64,000 nucleotides of DNA, taken from the IMG/VR virus record IMGVR_UViG_3300049791_000126; one strand, 5' to 3'. The notes below the pieces were generated by a model. The model made no database searches and was not told the origin of the DNA. It was given only the letters and a program-made list of their open reading frames with translations. The position numbers were made by a program, and so were the translations under genes. The stretch is from an uncultured virus (IMG/VR IMGVR_UViG_3300049791_000126). Taxonomy: Duplodnaviria > Heunggongvirae > Uroviricota > Caudoviricetes. Below are positions 17,385 through 28,282 of the stretch, in pieces; within the stretch, counting starts at the first letter, position 1, and each line of letters starts with the position of its first letter.

Positions 17385-18116
17385 CTACCCGGATCCCGGA
17401 TCCGAAGCAACTTTTCGACGGGACTCCTGTCGGCGGAGGCGTTGACTGAGGTTTCGGCGCGTCAAAGGGGCCGACTCGCGACAGCTGATGGGTTTCCCTG
17501 CGCCCTGAGCGCGCTCGGGGAAATCGCGACGCAGGGCTACCTGGAGCTTACCGAGGGCGCTCTTTTCGAGCTGGCGGATGCGCTCGCGGCTGACGCCGTG
17601 ATCTCGGCCGATGTCCGCGAGCGAACGCCCATGCACAAACCGCTCTTCGATGATCTTGCGCTCGAGGGGGCGGATGCGGCCGAGGGCTAGAAGGAGGCGG
17701 GCGCGCTGGATTTCGCTCTCCATGTCTTCCGCTACCGACGGCGCTTCGCTCGCGAATTGCCTCACGGGCTCGCCGTCCGCGTACGTCTCGTCCATCGAGA
17801 CCGACTTCAACGAGTCGCGGCGGCGCTCGGTACGCCAGAAGAGATGGAGCGCTTCGAAGCGTCTCTGGATGGCCCGGTACGCATACGTCATGAAGGTCGC
17901 GAGCCCGAGCGATCCGTCGTACCACTTGCTTGCGTCCCAGAGCGCCATCTGCCCCTCGCTCATCAAGTCCTCGAACTCATACCAGCGACCGAGACGAGAC
18001 CAGTAGCGCTTGGCGACCGATTTCACGAGCGGTGTCCATTGACGTAGGAGCGCCTCCCGCTCTTGCCTCGTGCGGTGATCTTTCGGACTGATTGGTTGTG
18101 ATGAAAGCTCGCTCAC
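17385..18116 (-). CDS. RNA polymerase sigma70-family factor
   Basis: LVKSVAKRY...EDLMSEGQMALWDASKWYD...FMTYAYRAI; SLADIGRDHGVSRERIRQLEKSALGKL. Confidence 0.92.
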   Translation of the reverse strand: MSELSSQPISPKDHRTRQEREALLRQWTPLVKSVAKRYWSRLGRWYEFEDLMSEGQMALWDASKWYDGSLGLATFMTYAYRAIQRRFEALHLFWRTERRRDSLKSVSMDETYADGEPVRQFASEAPSVAEDMESEIQRARLLLALGRIRPLERKIIEERFVHGRSLADIGRDHGVSRERIRQLEKSALGKLQVALRRDFPERAQGAGKPISCRESAPLTRRNLSQRLRRQESRRKVASDPGSG

Positions 18117-18150
18117 TCGAGCGGAGACTACAGAAACGGTTCAGGGGTCG

Positions 18151-18702
18151 CTAGCGCAATCCCATCGGCCGCGCGCGGGTCGCGTCGAAGCTTTGGATGA
18201 GGCACGGTCCCTGGTAACCGTAGGGCACGCCCATCACACGCTCGGCGATGGCATCGGCCGTGAGCTCGACCACATCATCGTCGCGCTGGTGCCAGGCCTT
18301 GAGCCATTTGCTCCACTGTTTTTCTTCGATCTGAGCCTTGGGCCGGCGCGCCGCTGGGCCGCCGTGATCGAGTACGAACTCTCCCGGATAGAGAAAGTCG
18401 GTCGCGTGCCCGAACTCGTGCGCCATGATCGCGAGCATCACCGTGTCGGCCACGTCCGCGAGCTCGGGGGCGAGCAAGATCAGCGATCCGTCGTCTCTGC
18501 ACGCGCCAAAGTGGCGCGCAGAGTCGTGCATCGCGGGCGCGACAAAGAGCCGAACTCGTTTCACGAGCTTCAGCCCGGCCTTCAAGTAGTCGTCGCGAAC
18601 GGCGTTGAAGTAGGGCTCGAGAACGGAGTACGCCTCGTCAGCGTCGAGCGGGCGGTAGTCGGCGGTGTCGATACCAGGAAGACAGCGCGCGGGGCTCGCC
18701 AT
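18151..18702 (-). CDS. Zinc metallopeptidase-like protein
   Basis: AHEFGH (HExxH) plus downstream ExxAD. Confidence 0.7.
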   Translation of the reverse strand: MASPARCLPGIDTADYRPLDADEAYSVLEPYFNAVRDDYLKAGLKLVKRVRLFVAPAMHDSARHFGACRDDGSLILLAPELADVADTVMLAIMAHEFGHATDFLYPGEFVLDHGGPAARRPKAQIEEKQWSKWLKAWHQRDDDVVELTADAIAERVMGVPYGYQGPCLIQSFDATRARPMGLR

Positions 18703-18718
18703 GTGCGGACCCGCTGAC

Positions 18719-19132
18719 TCAGCGACCCGCGGCGGCTCGTGCTTGTTGAGCGATTTGAGTCGCTTTCCGTGGATCGAGGACGCCCGAAGCGACGCCCATC
18801 TGCACGTAGCGTTGTAGCTCGTCTGGGGTGTAATGGATGTTTAAGAGCACGTGGCAGTTGCCGAGGGCGCAGCCGACGTTCGGGTAAAGGGTGCCGGCGC
18901 CGACGTTCCAGTTTTGGGGCACGAGCGATTGCGATCCGACGATGATCTCTTCCCAGGTGAAGTAGATCTCATTTTTTCGACCGCAGTTGTTGCAAGTGCA
19001 GCGCGTCCGAAGTAGCCCCGACTTGGGGTCGACCGCCGTCGCCACCTTGCCGAATTCTCTGACCGCGTCACCGGCAAATACGCCATCGCCCTGATTTGCG
19101 AGATCGTCGTCTTCGAAGTCTGCTTTGCCCAT
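18719..19132 (-). CDS. Zinc-binding hypothetical protein
   Basis: CNNC and CALGNC motifs. Confidence 0.6.
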   Translation of the reverse strand: MGKADFEDDDLANQGDGVFAGDAVREFGKVATAVDPKSGLLRTRCTCNNCGRKNEIYFTWEEIIVGSQSLVPQNWNVGAGTLYPNVGCALGNCHVLLNIHYTPDELQRYVQMGVASGVLDPRKATQIAQQARAAAGR

Positions 19133-19181
19133 GGGTGCCCCAAAGCTACCAGGTTGTGGCTCACGCGCTCAAGCTTTTCTG

Positions 19182-19637
19182 TCAGGCCGCATTCGGCGGG
19201 GGCTTGGACCCATCTACCGGAGTCTTCTCATCGTCGGCGGCATCCTGGAGGGGCGGAATGATCGGGAGCTGAATCGGGGTGGGGGCGACCGCTGGTTTTG
19301 TGGGAGCGGGGGCGCCGCCTGCGAGCCCGCTCCAAGGCAGGGGCGATTCTTTCAAAGCGGCAGCTCCGCCCATCGCCGACAACGCAATTTTCAACGCATC
19401 CCAGATGGAGGCCGCTGCCGTTTCGTGCGCTTCGAAGCCATGCACGAAAGCCGTCAGGCTGGCCGCGATGACGGGGACGCTCCAGCGGTAGCCGACGGGG
19501 ATCTTCGCCCAAACCTGGGCTCTGAGCCAGGGTAGGCTTTTCAGGAGCTGCGTGCCGATCATGACCGCGAGCGCGGCGCTCGCAAACCAGTTTTGGGTAG
19601 TGAGGGACGTGTACAAATCGACCAAGGGCTGAGGCAT
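19182..19637 (-). CDS. Holin-like membrane protein
   Basis: Three hydrophobic segments and a charged Pro-rich tail. Confidence 0.55.
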   Translation of the reverse strand: MPQPLVDLYTSLTTQNWFASAALAVMIGTQLLKSLPWLRAQVWAKIPVGYRWSVPVIAASLTAFVHGFEAHETAAASIWDALKIALSAMGGAAALKESPLPWSGLAGGAPAPTKPAVAPTPIQLPIIPPLQDAADDEKTPVDGSKPPPNAA

Positions 19638-19647
19638 GGCGGGGCTT

Positions 19648-20427
19648 TCAGGGTTTAGGCGGGACCGGGTACGGATCTCGCGGCTGCACGATGTGGGCGC
19701 CCGTCACCTTGTGGGCGTCAACGAGCGGGGGCGGATAGAAGCGGAGCGGATCTCGGGGAGGCGTGCCGGGGGGATCATCTATTTTCACGCTCGCGGCGCG
19801 CTCCAGCACGTCCGTCACCCAGCTCCGGACTTCGATCTTGTAGCGATAGTCTTCGTTGAGATCGTCGGCGCGCTGTTTCGACTCGGACTCGATGTGGGCG
19901 TCGAGCTTCTTGTCGACCTTGGCTTGCGCCCCTTCGATCGCCTCGAAGTGCTTCATCACCTCGGCGCTCGGCTTCTGCGCGTTGAGGATCATCGCGATGA
20001 GGCCCGTGAGAGCAACGACGAAGGCCGCCACATACTGAAGGTGACTCCACTCGAACTTCTTCCTCAGCTCAGGAAGAGGCGGAGGCGGGCAGGTCTTTAC
20101 CTCGTTCACGACGAGCTTTCGGATTTCGCTCCGGAGTTGCTCTTCGAAGGCGCGCTGGCGCTCGACCTGGCGGGCTTCTTCTTCGTCGCGCTTGTCGGAT
20201 ATTTCGGCCAGCATGCGGCCTTCGGTCGCTGCGATGGCACGAAGGAGCGCGTTCTGCGGGTCGAGATCGGCAGGGCTCACTTTGGGGGCGCGCGCGGCGA
20301 TGCGGGCGATCGGCTCGCCCGTAATGGAGTGAGCGGGGAGCGCGCGGTACACGCCCGGCGGGGGGTCTTCACCGCGATCATGTGACGGCGGGGTAGTCGG
20401 GCGAGAGCGCTTGGGATCATCGGGCAT
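19648..20427 (-). CDS. Single-pass membrane protein with coiled-coil segments
   Basis: One central hydrophobic helix. Confidence 0.65.
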   Translation of the reverse strand: MPDDPKRSRPTTPPSHDRGEDPPPGVYRALPAHSITGEPIARIAARAPKVSPADLDPQNALLRAIAATEGRMLAEISDKRDEEEARQVERQRAFEEQLRSEIRKLVVNEVKTCPPPPLPELRKKFEWSHLQYVAAFVVALTGLIAMILNAQKPSAEVMKHFEAIEGAQAKVDKKLDAHIESESKQRADDLNEDYRYKIEVRSWVTDVLERAASVKIDDPPGTPPRDPLRFYPPPLVDAHKVTGAHIVQPRDPYPVPPKP

Positions 20428-20812
20428 GGCGCTTGGCCTCGCGTAGGATCACGCGGCGGATGAGCCCGGGATCCATATCTTTGGTCAGTACGCGGACGCC
20501 GGCTTCGAGCACGATCTCTGAGTCGGGTTGGCCCGTAAAGAGCAGGCGGGACATGTCGGGGTAGAGACGGCCGACTTCAGCGAGGAGCGCAATGCCGTTC
20601 ATGCCTTTCATCCAATAGTCGGCGACGACCAGATGCACCGTTTCTCGCTTGAGCAAATCGAGGGCTTGGAGACCAGACGCCGCGGTCAGAACGACCAATG
20701 GGTCACGAGCAAAGAATCGACGGAAGATCTTCAGCGCTGCTTCTTCGTCGTCCACGAAGAGCACGACGGGATGATCACTGGGACGGGATCCCTCGGATCG
20801 CTCGGTCGTCAT
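20417..20812 (-). CDS. Stand-alone response regulator receiver (CheY-like)
   Basis: LFVDDE, ADYWMKGMNG (phosphoacceptor Asp), LFTG and LTK. Confidence 0.88.
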   Translation of the reverse strand: MTTERSEGSRPSDHPVVLFVDDEEAALKIFRRFFARDPLVVLTAASGLQALDLLKRETVHLVVADYWMKGMNGIALLAEVGRLYPDMSRLLFTGQPDSEIVLEAGVRVLTKDMDPGLIRRVILREAKRHAR

Positions 20813-21122
20813 GACTGATAGTGCTCGATTCTCCGTGAATGTGCTTGTTGAGGCTCTCAATCAGGTCGAAATTCGTCTTGGAGAGCTCGGTCACCCCATC
20901 GAGGGCCTGGGTATGCTCACGCTGGAGTACCTGGATTTTTCCAACATCCTCCTCGATCACATTGAGGGTCGTATGCATGAGGCCCATGCCGCTCCTCAAG
21001 TCGTCGATTCTATTGTTGAGATCGCGCCTGAAATCGTCGATGGCGGTCAGCGTGTCGACTCGCGTCTGGGCCATCATGCCGATCAGCTGATCGAATTGTG
21101 CGTCGGAAAGCTCGACAGTCAT
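20775..21122 (-). CDS. Coiled-coil hypothetical protein
   Basis: Heptad-like pattern. Confidence 0.6.
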   Translation of the reverse strand: MTVELSDAQFDQLIGMMAQTRVDTLTAIDDFRRDLNNRIDDLRSGMGLMHTTLNVIEEDVGKIQVLQREHTQALDGVTELSKTNFDLIESLNKHIHGESSTISHDDRAIRGIPSQ

Positions 21123-21255
21123 ACGGCCTCAGCGCTCTTCGGTGTCGCCATTACGGAGCTAAATCTACCGGAGATGTGGGGGTTCCAGCAACTTTTCGAG
21201 TCGAGAGGGGAGCCCTGAGGGAAGACAAATCCTCCCGGGCGGGTACAATCCCCCC

Positions 21256-21672
21256 ATGTTGACCCACTTCGCCGCATGGCAACTGCTCGCCGTCGTCCTC
21301 GGGATTTTATCGGCACTGGTCTTTGCCTGGCGCGCGCATCGCGCGGCATGGCTTCGTCGCGCGGCTGAAATCCGCGCCGACCTATCGGACGCCGTCCTCG
21401 AAGAGGACAGCTTGCCGTGGCCACCGGTCCAGCGTCTCACCGGCGAGCGCTTGGACCGAGCGAGGGAGATCGTCCTCACCGAGCGCGAGATCTTGTGGGC
21501 CTCCAGCATGCTCACCCGCTGCGATCCAGAGGTCGAGGGCGTCTGGGTGCGCGCCCTCAAGGCGGGCCAGAAGCGGCTCCAGCGGTTGAAATTCGAGCAG
21601 ATTACGTCAGGGCCGAGAGCTGTTCCGCCACAATCCGAAGCGTGTAGGTCGGCAAATCACCCGGCGCCGTGA
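21256..21672 (+). CDS. Membrane-anchored hypothetical protein, probably leaderless
   Basis: N-terminal TM helix; TACAAT lies 6 nt before the ATG. Confidence 0.55.
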   Translation: MLTHFAAWQLLAVVLGILSALVFAWRAHRAAWLRRAAEIRADLSDAVLEEDSLPWPPVQRLTGERLDRAREIVLTEREILWASSMLTRCDPEVEGVWVRALKAGQKRLQRLKFEQITSGPRAVPPQSEACRSANHPAP

Positions 21673-22000
21673 TTGCGACCGCATACTGAATCGGAGCGAC
21701 ACCGTCGCACTCGCAGATGAACGCGTCCTGCGCGATGGCGAGCTGGCCCACTGCCGTATTGAACGACGCAAGCGACTGCGTGACGACGACTGCATTGTCA
21801 CCCTTGGACAGGATGCTCGCGGTCACCTGCGTCCCCACGTCCGTGCCGACGGTAACTGCGATGGCGAGCGACACGCGATAGAGGCCCTTCGGCGGCGTCA
21901 CGAGAGTGGTCACGCCGATGGCTACATCTTGGTTTTTCAGGTAGATGTTCGCGAGGCGTCCGATGGGAAGCGTCCACGGGCCTGCTCTCAAATCGCTCAT
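21602..22000 (-). CDS. Small beta-rich putative virion protein
   Basis: Coupled to the collagen gene by an ATGA overlap. Confidence 0.6.
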   Translation of the reverse strand: MSDLRAGPWTLPIGRLANIYLKNQDVAIGVTTLVTPPKGLYRVSLAIAVTVGTDVGTQVTASILSKGDNAVVVTQSLASFNTAVGQLAIAQDAFICECDGVAPIQYAVAITAPGDLPTYTLRIVAEQLSALT

Positions 22001-25000
22001 GACAGGTTCTGGGCTCCGACGTAGGTGATGCTCAAGAGATCCTCAGAGGCCTGGAAGAAGTAGCGGGCGGGCACATCCGTGCTGAGGATCGCCCTCAGAG
22101 TGACGCTCGCGAACTGCACCGTGAGGGTATGGCCGTTGGTGCCGTAGACATCGATCGGAAGTAAATCGAGGGCTGCGGCTCCCGTGAGGCTCAGCTGAAT
22201 GATGCGGTCGGCAGTCAGCGTTGGGATGGCGAGGTAGAGCCGATCCGCCGTATTGAACGTGTAAGTCGTCGCCGAGTCGAGGAGCTGTTGAGCATTTGGC
22301 TCGGTCTGATCGAGTGATACGAGCGGCGTCAGTGTCGCCGTGACGGAAGCCTGGCCATTGCCCGACGAGAAGAGACTCCGCTCGCTCATCGCGTCGAGCT
22401 GAATGCCCATCGACGAGCCAGCGAGGTTCACTCGACCTGAAGACTTCGGGCCGAAGCTCGTGTTCCGGCAGTTGAATACTGCCCAGGCGCCACTGATCGA
22501 ATGCGAGAGCGTGGCGCCGGTGCCGACCTTGCAACCAGACAGAAATATCTGATTCGTGCCGGTTGCTGCGGTGATGTCCAGATCGATCGTGCAATTGTTC
22601 AGGCGGCTGATCGTTGCCGCGCCAGCCGGTGCCGTGATCCCCTGTCGGAACGAACAACCGTCGCAGAGCAGCGGACCCGCAGTCACCGTGTCGACGAACA
22701 CGCAGTAGTTGAACGTGTGCGGCGTTGCTTCCCCAGCAGACGCTTGCGAATTCGAGAAGGTCGCGTTCACGAACACGTACTCACCAAACGCTTGCGACAC
22801 GAGGGAGATCTCTGCCGTGCTCATGCCGTCCAGGCGCGCGCTCGGCAGCACCGAGCTCATCCGAAGGACCGTGTTGGAAGCGCCCGACCCAGAGCCCTGA
22901 ATGATCCCCGCCTGCACGTCGATGAGCTGGATGTTCGATTGCACTGATGAGGCGTCGGTGATCGAGTTGGTGGTGCAGTTCTGGAGCGTGAGATTGAAGC
23001 CCGGGGTCGTCGTGAAGGTGAGATTCACGAAGGAGAGGGCGATCGTTTGATCGGTCGGGCCGCAAAGCCCGATGAGCGTCACATCGCGCGCAGTGTTGAT
23101 CGTCCAGCCGCCATAGTTGCCCGGCGCGACGAGCAGCGTGACGCTGCCGGTCGTGTGTGCTGCGAGGGCGGCTGTCGGCGTCGCGTACGGTTGCTGGATC
23201 GATCCAGTGGCTGCGCCGACGTTGGCAGCGTCCACGTAGAAGACTTGCGTCAGAGGCCCGACGGTGGTCGACCCCTGAAAGCCCTGCGTACCGGTTGCGC
23301 CTTGGAAGCCTTGAAAGCCCCGCGCACCTTGAAAGCCCTGTGCGCCTTGAAAGCCGCTGCCTTGGAAACCCTGAACGCCGGTCGCGCCTTGAAAGCCCTG
23401 ACCACCTTGACGGCCTTGACTACCTTGCGCGCCACCCGCACCGAGCCCACCTTGGAAACCTTGGGGGCCCGTGGCACCCGTCGCGCCTTGCGCACCGGTC
23501 GCGCCTGTATTGCCCGCCCCGCCCTGCGCGCCCTGCGAGCCAGTCGTGCCCGTCGACCCAGTATTTCCCTGGCGCCCTTGGGCGCCCTGAAAGCCTTGCG
23601 CGCCCTGGGCACCGGTCGTGCCCGTCCCGCCAGTAGCTCCTGTCGCGCCCTGGAAGCCTTGAGTTCCGGTCGCTCCTTGGAAGCCCTGCGCGCCCTGGAA
23701 ACCGCCGCCTTGCGCGCCTTGATTGCCTTGGGCTCCGGTCGTACCCGTTGCGCCCTGCGCGCCCTGGCTACCGGTTCCGGTTGCTCCTTGGAAGCCCTGA
23801 GCGCCGATGCCGGCTTGCGCGCCCTGCGCCCCTTGGAAACCGCCACCTTGGAAACCCTGGGCTCCTTGAAAGCCCTGCACGCCAGTCGCACCTTGGGCGC
23901 CCTGCGCGCCGCCGCCGGCGCCCTGCGCGCCGATGCCGCCTTGCGCGCCTTGGAAGCCCGCGCCCTGCGTACCTTGAGCACCTTGGTTGCCTTGCGTTCC
24001 GATCGCACCCTGGAAACCTTGCGCGCCCGTCGCGCCCTGAGCTCCTTGCGACCCCGTACCCGCTGCGCCTTGAAATCCCTGCGTTCCGGTCGCGCCCTGG
24101 AAGCCCTGCGCGCCCTGCGATCCGGTACCGGCGGCGCCCTGGAAACCCTGCGCACCCTGAAAGCCACCACCTTGGAAGCCCTGCACGCCCGTCGCGCCCT
24201 GAAAACCCTGGCCGCCTTGGCGACCCTGGCTACCCTGCGCCCCGCCGCCGTTTTGGCCCTGGAAGCCTTGCGTTCCGGTCGGACCCTGCGCGCCTTGCGC
24301 TCCGCCGCCAGATCCCTGAAACCCCTGCGCCCCTTGAGTGCCCTGCGCACCCTGGAAGCCCTGCGATCCACTGGTCGCAGTCGGATCGGGATTGATCCCA
24401 AACACGCACGCGGCGCGCGGGAAAAAGGTCGACGCGGGCACGTCGGAATAGTTCAGGTTGTGGCCCGTCAGCGAGAGTTCTTGCGTCGCGAGGATCCCGA
24501 GTAGGGACACTGCCGTCGTCGTAGCAGTACATCCACTGTCCAGCTGGAACCCAATCGAGTAGGCCGCGCCAAACCCGAACTGTTGGCCCGCTACTTCGAG
24601 CGTCGTCCCAGCGGCAAGCGACACCGCAGAGCTTGCGATGCCATTGACCCACTCTACGTCATTGAGTCTAGTTGTGGCACCGCTGGTCGAGACCACGCCA
24701 CCCAAATGAAGGGTGCCGCCATTGAAGCAGTTGGCGTGAGCAAATAAAACCGAGGTTTCGGTGATGAACTGACCCTGGACGACACATCCGAAGAACACTG
24801 GTTGAATCAGCTGGAATGCGCTCAACAACGACGCTGTCGAGCGGCAATTCCGGAGCTGGATATTGCCGTTCACCCGACATGATCCGCTCCCTCCGCCTAT
24901 CTCACACTGCGACAGCTTCATCGCCGCGCTACCCACGATGAAATCTTCGATATCGCAGCCGTTTGCCAGGATGATATCGGAAATCGTGAGCGTTCCGCCA

Positions 25001-26805
25001 ATCGGATTTCCGTTGGTCCTGATCTGTACCCGCGCAATCGTTGTGGTCAGCGTATCGACCACACACGTCGTGCCAGCGGCAATGTTGACCGCGGTGAGTC
25101 CCGACTCGAGGAACCAACTCTTCACGAACGTATCGGTAGCGCTCGTGATGCCAGTGCTGTAAGTGACCGCGCCGACGCTTGCGCCGCTCGTCGAGCGAAT
25201 GCGCTTCTTGTCCACGAACGTGCCCGACGCAGTCGTGATCCGGCCGCGCACCGGCGTCGCTGTTGGTACGGTATCAACGACAGTCGCAAGCGTGATGGGC
25301 GCGCTGCTCGTCACCGCTCCATTGATCGTAAGCGAGAACGCCGTGCCCGATGGAAAGGAGACGTTGAACGCGATCTCCCCGTAGGAGCCCGCCCCAATAG
25401 TGATCGTCGTATTTTGCCGAACGACGTATGTCTGCCCGCCAGGAGAAAGCCTCCGGCACAGCTCCTCCGTCGTCTTCAGCGCAGTGATGCTGGACGTGCC
25501 GTTGTTCGTGTCGTTGCCCGTCGCATCGTCCACGAACCAACCCGCCACGAACGCATTGGCGAGATTGACGAGCCCCAGGCGCTCCCACACATTGCCGGCG
25601 ACGGTAGTCGCCGCGACGACCTGAGTCGCGTCGATCCCGGCCGTCTCACCGGCGGTCGGTGATTTGTTTAGGCGATAGAGATCACCCACGGTAGCCGTGT
25701 CGGCGAGCGTGCCCGAAGTGAGCCCCGTCGTGTCGACGGCCTGGAGAGCCGCAATGCTCGCGGGGTTGATCTGCGCCGTGCCGCCCTGGGCACCTTGAGC
25801 ACCCTGCGCGCCGCCACTCGAGCCCTGCGCACCTGCACTACCTTGAGCGCCTTGAAACCCAGCGCCCTGCGTACCCTGCGCGCCCTGATTGCCTTGCGCG
25901 CCCTGAAAGCCCTGCGATCCTTGCGCGCCGCCGCTCGGTCCCTGTGGACCCGTCGCGCCCTGCGAGCCGGTGACGGCTTGACCTTGGAAGCCCTGAGTGC
26001 CTTGGCCGCCTTGAGATCCTTGGGATCCCTGCGTGCCCGTCGCGCCCTGAAAGCCCTGAGTCCCCGCGCCCGTCGCGCCTTGGAAGCCCTGCGTCCCGGC
26101 GGCGCCTTGAAAGCCCTGGGCACCCTGGTTGCCCTGCGCGCCGGTCGTACCAGTCGCGCCTTGCGCACCCTGCGAGCCTTGAAAGCCCTGGCTTCCTTGG
26201 TTGCCCTGAGCGCCCGTCGTTCCAGTCGCGCCTTGGTTGCCTTGCGCACCCTGCGCGCCGCCGCCCGAGCCCTGGCTACCGGTCGCGCCCTGCGCGCCCT
26301 GAAAGCCGCTGCCCTGAAAGCCCTGCGCGCCCTGAAAGCCCTGGACGCCAGTCGCACCTTGGGCGCCCTGCGCGCCGCCGCTCGGACCCTGAGGCCCCGT
26401 CGACCCCTGCGCGCCCGTGACCGCTTGGCCTTGAAAGCCCTGCGCACCCTGGTTGCCCTGAGCGCCTTGCGTGCCCGTCCCGCCCTGCGATCCCTGGAAA
26501 CCGCCGCCCTGAAACCCTTGCGCGCCCTGGGCGCCTTGTCGGCCTTGCGGACCCTGGTTGCCCTGCGCGCCGCCACCCGCCGGAACCCAGCGACCGATAT
26601 TGCAGATCGGCTTGATGATGAGCGGGGGGTTCGGCGGAGACGTATCGAACTTGTGGAGCTCGTAGTGCTTGAGCTCGGATTCGACATAGGCAAAGCACCC
26701 ATCATCGAGAATGGCGGTGCCGACATTCTCGAGAGAGTCGCCCGCCCCGAGGAGGGTCGTGACAGCTCCAATATTTCTACTAGCCACGCTGGATCGATCG
26801 GTCAT
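21997..26805 (-). CDS. Collagen-like fibre protein, 1602 aa: N-terminal module, two Gly-X-Gln blocks, each followed by a beta-helix-like domain
   Basis: Long [12 protein letters not shown] triplet runs (about 25780-26570 and 23270-24370); FVDDATGND and FYVDAAN...GS..PY motifs typical of beta-helix starts. Confidence 0.92.
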   Translation of the reverse strand: MTDRSSVASRNIGAVTTLLGAGDSLENVGTAILDDGCFAYVESELKHYELHKFDTSPPNPPLIIKPICNIGRWVPAGGGAQGNQGPQGRQGAQGAQGFQGGGFQGSQGGTGTQGAQGNQGAQGFQGQAVTGAQGSTGPQGPSGGAQGAQGATGVQGFQGAQGFQGSGFQGAQGATGSQGSGGGAQGAQGNQGATGTTGAQGNQGSQGFQGSQGAQGATGTTGAQGNQGAQGFQGAAGTQGFQGATGAGTQGFQGATGTQGSQGSQGGQGTQGFQGQAVTGSQGATGPQGPSGGAQGSQGFQGAQGNQGAQGTQGAGFQGAQGSAGAQGSSGGAQGAQGAQGGTAQINPASIAALQAVDTTGLTSGTLADTATVGDLYRLNKSPTAGETAGIDATQVVAATTVAGNVWERLGLVNLANAFVAGWFVDDATGNDTNNGTSSITALKTTEELCRRLSPGGQTYVVRQNTTITIGAGSYGEIAFNVSFPSGTAFSLTINGAVTSSAPITLATVVDTVPTATPVRGRITTASGTFVDKKRIRSTSGASVGAVTYSTGITSATDTFVKSWFLESGLTAVNIAAGTTCVVDTLTTTIARVQIRTNGNPIGGTLTISDIILANGCDIEDFIVGSAAMKLSQCEIGGGSGSCRVNGNIQLRNCRSTASLLSAFQLIQPVFFGCVVQGQFITETSVLFAHANCFNGGTLHLGGVVSTSGATTRLNDVEWVNGIASSAVSLAAGTTLEVAGQQFGFGAAYSIGFQLDSGCTATTTAVSLLGILATQELSLTGHNLNYSDVPASTFFPRAACVFGINPDPTATSGSQGFQGAQGTQGAQGFQGSGGGAQGAQGPTGTQGFQGQNGGGAQGSQGRQGGQGFQGATGVQGFQGGGFQGAQGFQGAAGTGSQGAQGFQGATGTQGFQGAAGTGSQGAQGATGAQGFQGAIGTQGNQGAQGTQGAGFQGAQGGIGAQGAGGGAQGAQGATGVQGFQGAQGFQGGGFQGAQGAQAGIGAQGFQGATGTGSQGAQGATGTTGAQGNQGAQGGGFQGAQGFQGATGTQGFQGATGATGGTGTTGAQGAQGFQGAQGRQGNTGSTGTTGSQGAQGGAGNTGATGAQGATGATGPQGFQGGLGAGGAQGSQGRQGGQGFQGATGVQGFQGSGFQGAQGFQGARGFQGFQGATGTQGFQGSTTVGPLTQVFYVDAANVGAATGSIQQPYATPTAALAAHTTGSVTLLVAPGNYGGWTINTARDVTLIGLCGPTDQTIALSFVNLTFTTTPGFNLTLQNCTTNSITDASSVQSNIQLIDVQAGIIQGSGSGASNTVLRMSSVLPSARLDGMSTAEISLVSQAFGEYVFVNATFSNSQASAGEATPHTFNYCVFVDTVTAGPLLCDGCSFRQGITAPAGAATISRLNNCTIDLDITAATGTNQIFLSGCKVGTGATLSHSISGAWAVFNCRNTSFGPKSSGRVNLAGSSMGIQLDAMSERSLFSSGNGQASVTATLTPLVSLDQTEPNAQQLLDSATTYTFNTADRLYLAIPTLTADRIIQLSLTGAAALDLLPIDVYGTNGHTLTVQFASVTLRAILSTDVPARYFFQASEDLLSITYVGAQNLS

Positions 26806-26966
26806 GGGATAAAGGACGGAGCTTTGCGATGCTCTGCCGTCCCGTTGCTCGGATCCCGATGGAACCGACCCAAACCTGGCCTAGTGGAGGAAGCCTACCT
26901 TGCCCGAGGCCCCCGGCTCAAGTTTTTGGGTTGAAGTTCGAGATCAGGCTCTGGCAGAGTCCCCGG

Positions 26967-27596
26967 ATGGCGCTCCCATCCACGAATTTCCATTCACGCA
27001 CACCGGCTCTCCTGGTAGTCGACAACTTTTACCGGTTTCCGGACGAAGTCCGCGACGAAGCGCTCGGGGCGGAGTACGAGGCCGACGGGCGCTACTTCAA
27101 AGGGCTCCGATCAAAGAAAAAGTTTTTGTATCCCTGGGTGAAGGAGGAGTTCGAGCGGCTACTCAGGGTAACGATCACCGACTGGCTCGACCAGCCGGCG
27201 AACGGTTCCTTCCAGAAGACCACGATCCAGGATCCCCTCGTGTGGCACTCCGACACGCAGAGCTATGCAGCAGCGGTGTACCTCACCGACCATCGCGACT
27301 TTTTCTTCAATACCCACGTTCCCGATGTGCGAGTCGGCGCCGGCACGAGCTTCTGGCGGAACAAAGTAACCGGCGCGCGGCGGCCGCCTTCGGGCGCGGC
27401 CGACTACCAGGAGACGTACAGCGAGTTCAATCTGACGCACCCGGACAACTGGGAGCTCGTCGATCGCGTGGGCTCGGTCTACAACCGCCTCGTGCTCTGG
27501 GACGCGCAGTTGATTCACTCGGCGACGAGCTACGAGAGCTTCTCCTCAGAAGATCCGCGCCTCGTGCAGCTCTTCTTCTTCAACGTGGCGCGGTGA
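26967..27596 (+). CDS. 2OG-Fe(II) oxygenase-like protein (DUF6445-like)
   Basis: VVDNFY..PD.VR, HSD, GTSFW, YNRLVL, IHSA and RLVQLFFF. Confidence 0.78.
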   Translation: MALPSTNFHSRTPALLVVDNFYRFPDEVRDEALGAEYEADGRYFKGLRSKKKFLYPWVKEEFERLLRVTITDWLDQPANGSFQKTTIQDPLVWHSDTQSYAAAVYLTDHRDFFFNTHVPDVRVGAGTSFWRNKVTGARRPPSGAADYQETYSEFNLTHPDNWELVDRVGSVYNRLVLWDAQLIHSATSYESFSSEDPRLVQLFFFNVAR

Positions 27597-27601
27597 TCCG
27601 G

Positions 27602-28282
27602 ATGAAGACCGTCATCTACACCGCGTGCTTCGGCGATCACGACCAGCCCGCTGAGCTTCCAGGCTTCGAAGGCCAAGCCGATCTGGTCTGCTTCACCGAC
27701 TCGCCGACGCTCGCGCGCGAGCGCTCCACTTGGAGCGTGATGCGGCGCCGCTCGCGCTTCAAGACCGCGCGCATGGACGCGAAATGGTACAAGATGAGCG
27801 CGAGCCATTTGTTTCCGGAACACGATTTGTCGATCTACATCGACTCGAGCGTGCGCTTCCACAAGACCGAGGGATTCATCGAGCATTGCCGGCACTCGAT
27901 CGGAGGCAACCGACTTGCATTTTACTCGCACCCCGAAGGGCAACGCACCCTTCGCGAAGAGGCAGTTTTCTCCATGTCGATGGGGAAATACATCGGCGAG
28001 CCCCTCATCGAGCAAGCCTGCCACTACTACGCCGCCGGGTACCGCGACGCAGAGCTGCTCGCAGGAGGGTGCATCGTGCGTTGGCACTTCGACGCTTACA
28101 ACGAAGACATCGTCTCACGCTTCGAAAAGGCGTGGTTCGATGAGTGCATGCACTGGTCGGCGCAAGACCAGATCTCACTTCCGTATGTGCTACAAAAGGA
28201 AGGGATCGCGTACTCTCTGCTCCCCGGCAGCATCTACCAGAACGATTACTTCTCGCGCGTCTGGTCGGGTCCCGATCGCTAG
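27602..28282 (+). CDS. DUF616/TOD1-MUCI70-like glycosyltransferase; target of CRISPR spacer 443-477
   Basis: VIYTACFGDHD, CFTD, HLFPEHDLSIYIDS and DQISLPYVL. Confidence 0.8.
   Translation: MKTVIYTACFGDHDQPAELPGFEGQADLVCFTDSPTLARERSTWSVMRRRSRFKTARMDAKWYKMSASHLFPEHDLSIYIDSSVRFHKTEGFIEHCRHSIGGNRLAFYSHPEGQRTLREEAVFSMSMGKYIGEPLIEQACHYYAAGYRDAELLAGGCIVRWHFDAYNEDIVSRFEKAWFDECMHWSAQDQISLPYVLQKEGIAYSLLPGSIYQNDYFSRVWSGPDR

Noticed and set aside
23047..26934. Long antisense and alternative-frame ORFs over the collagen genes (also 32565-34281)
   Set aside because: Shadow ORFs caused by 9-nt periodic GC-rich repeats.
26900..27601. N-terminal half of the 460-aa ORF 26900-28282
   Set aside because: Off-frame overlap with the oxygenase; the real gene starts at 27602.
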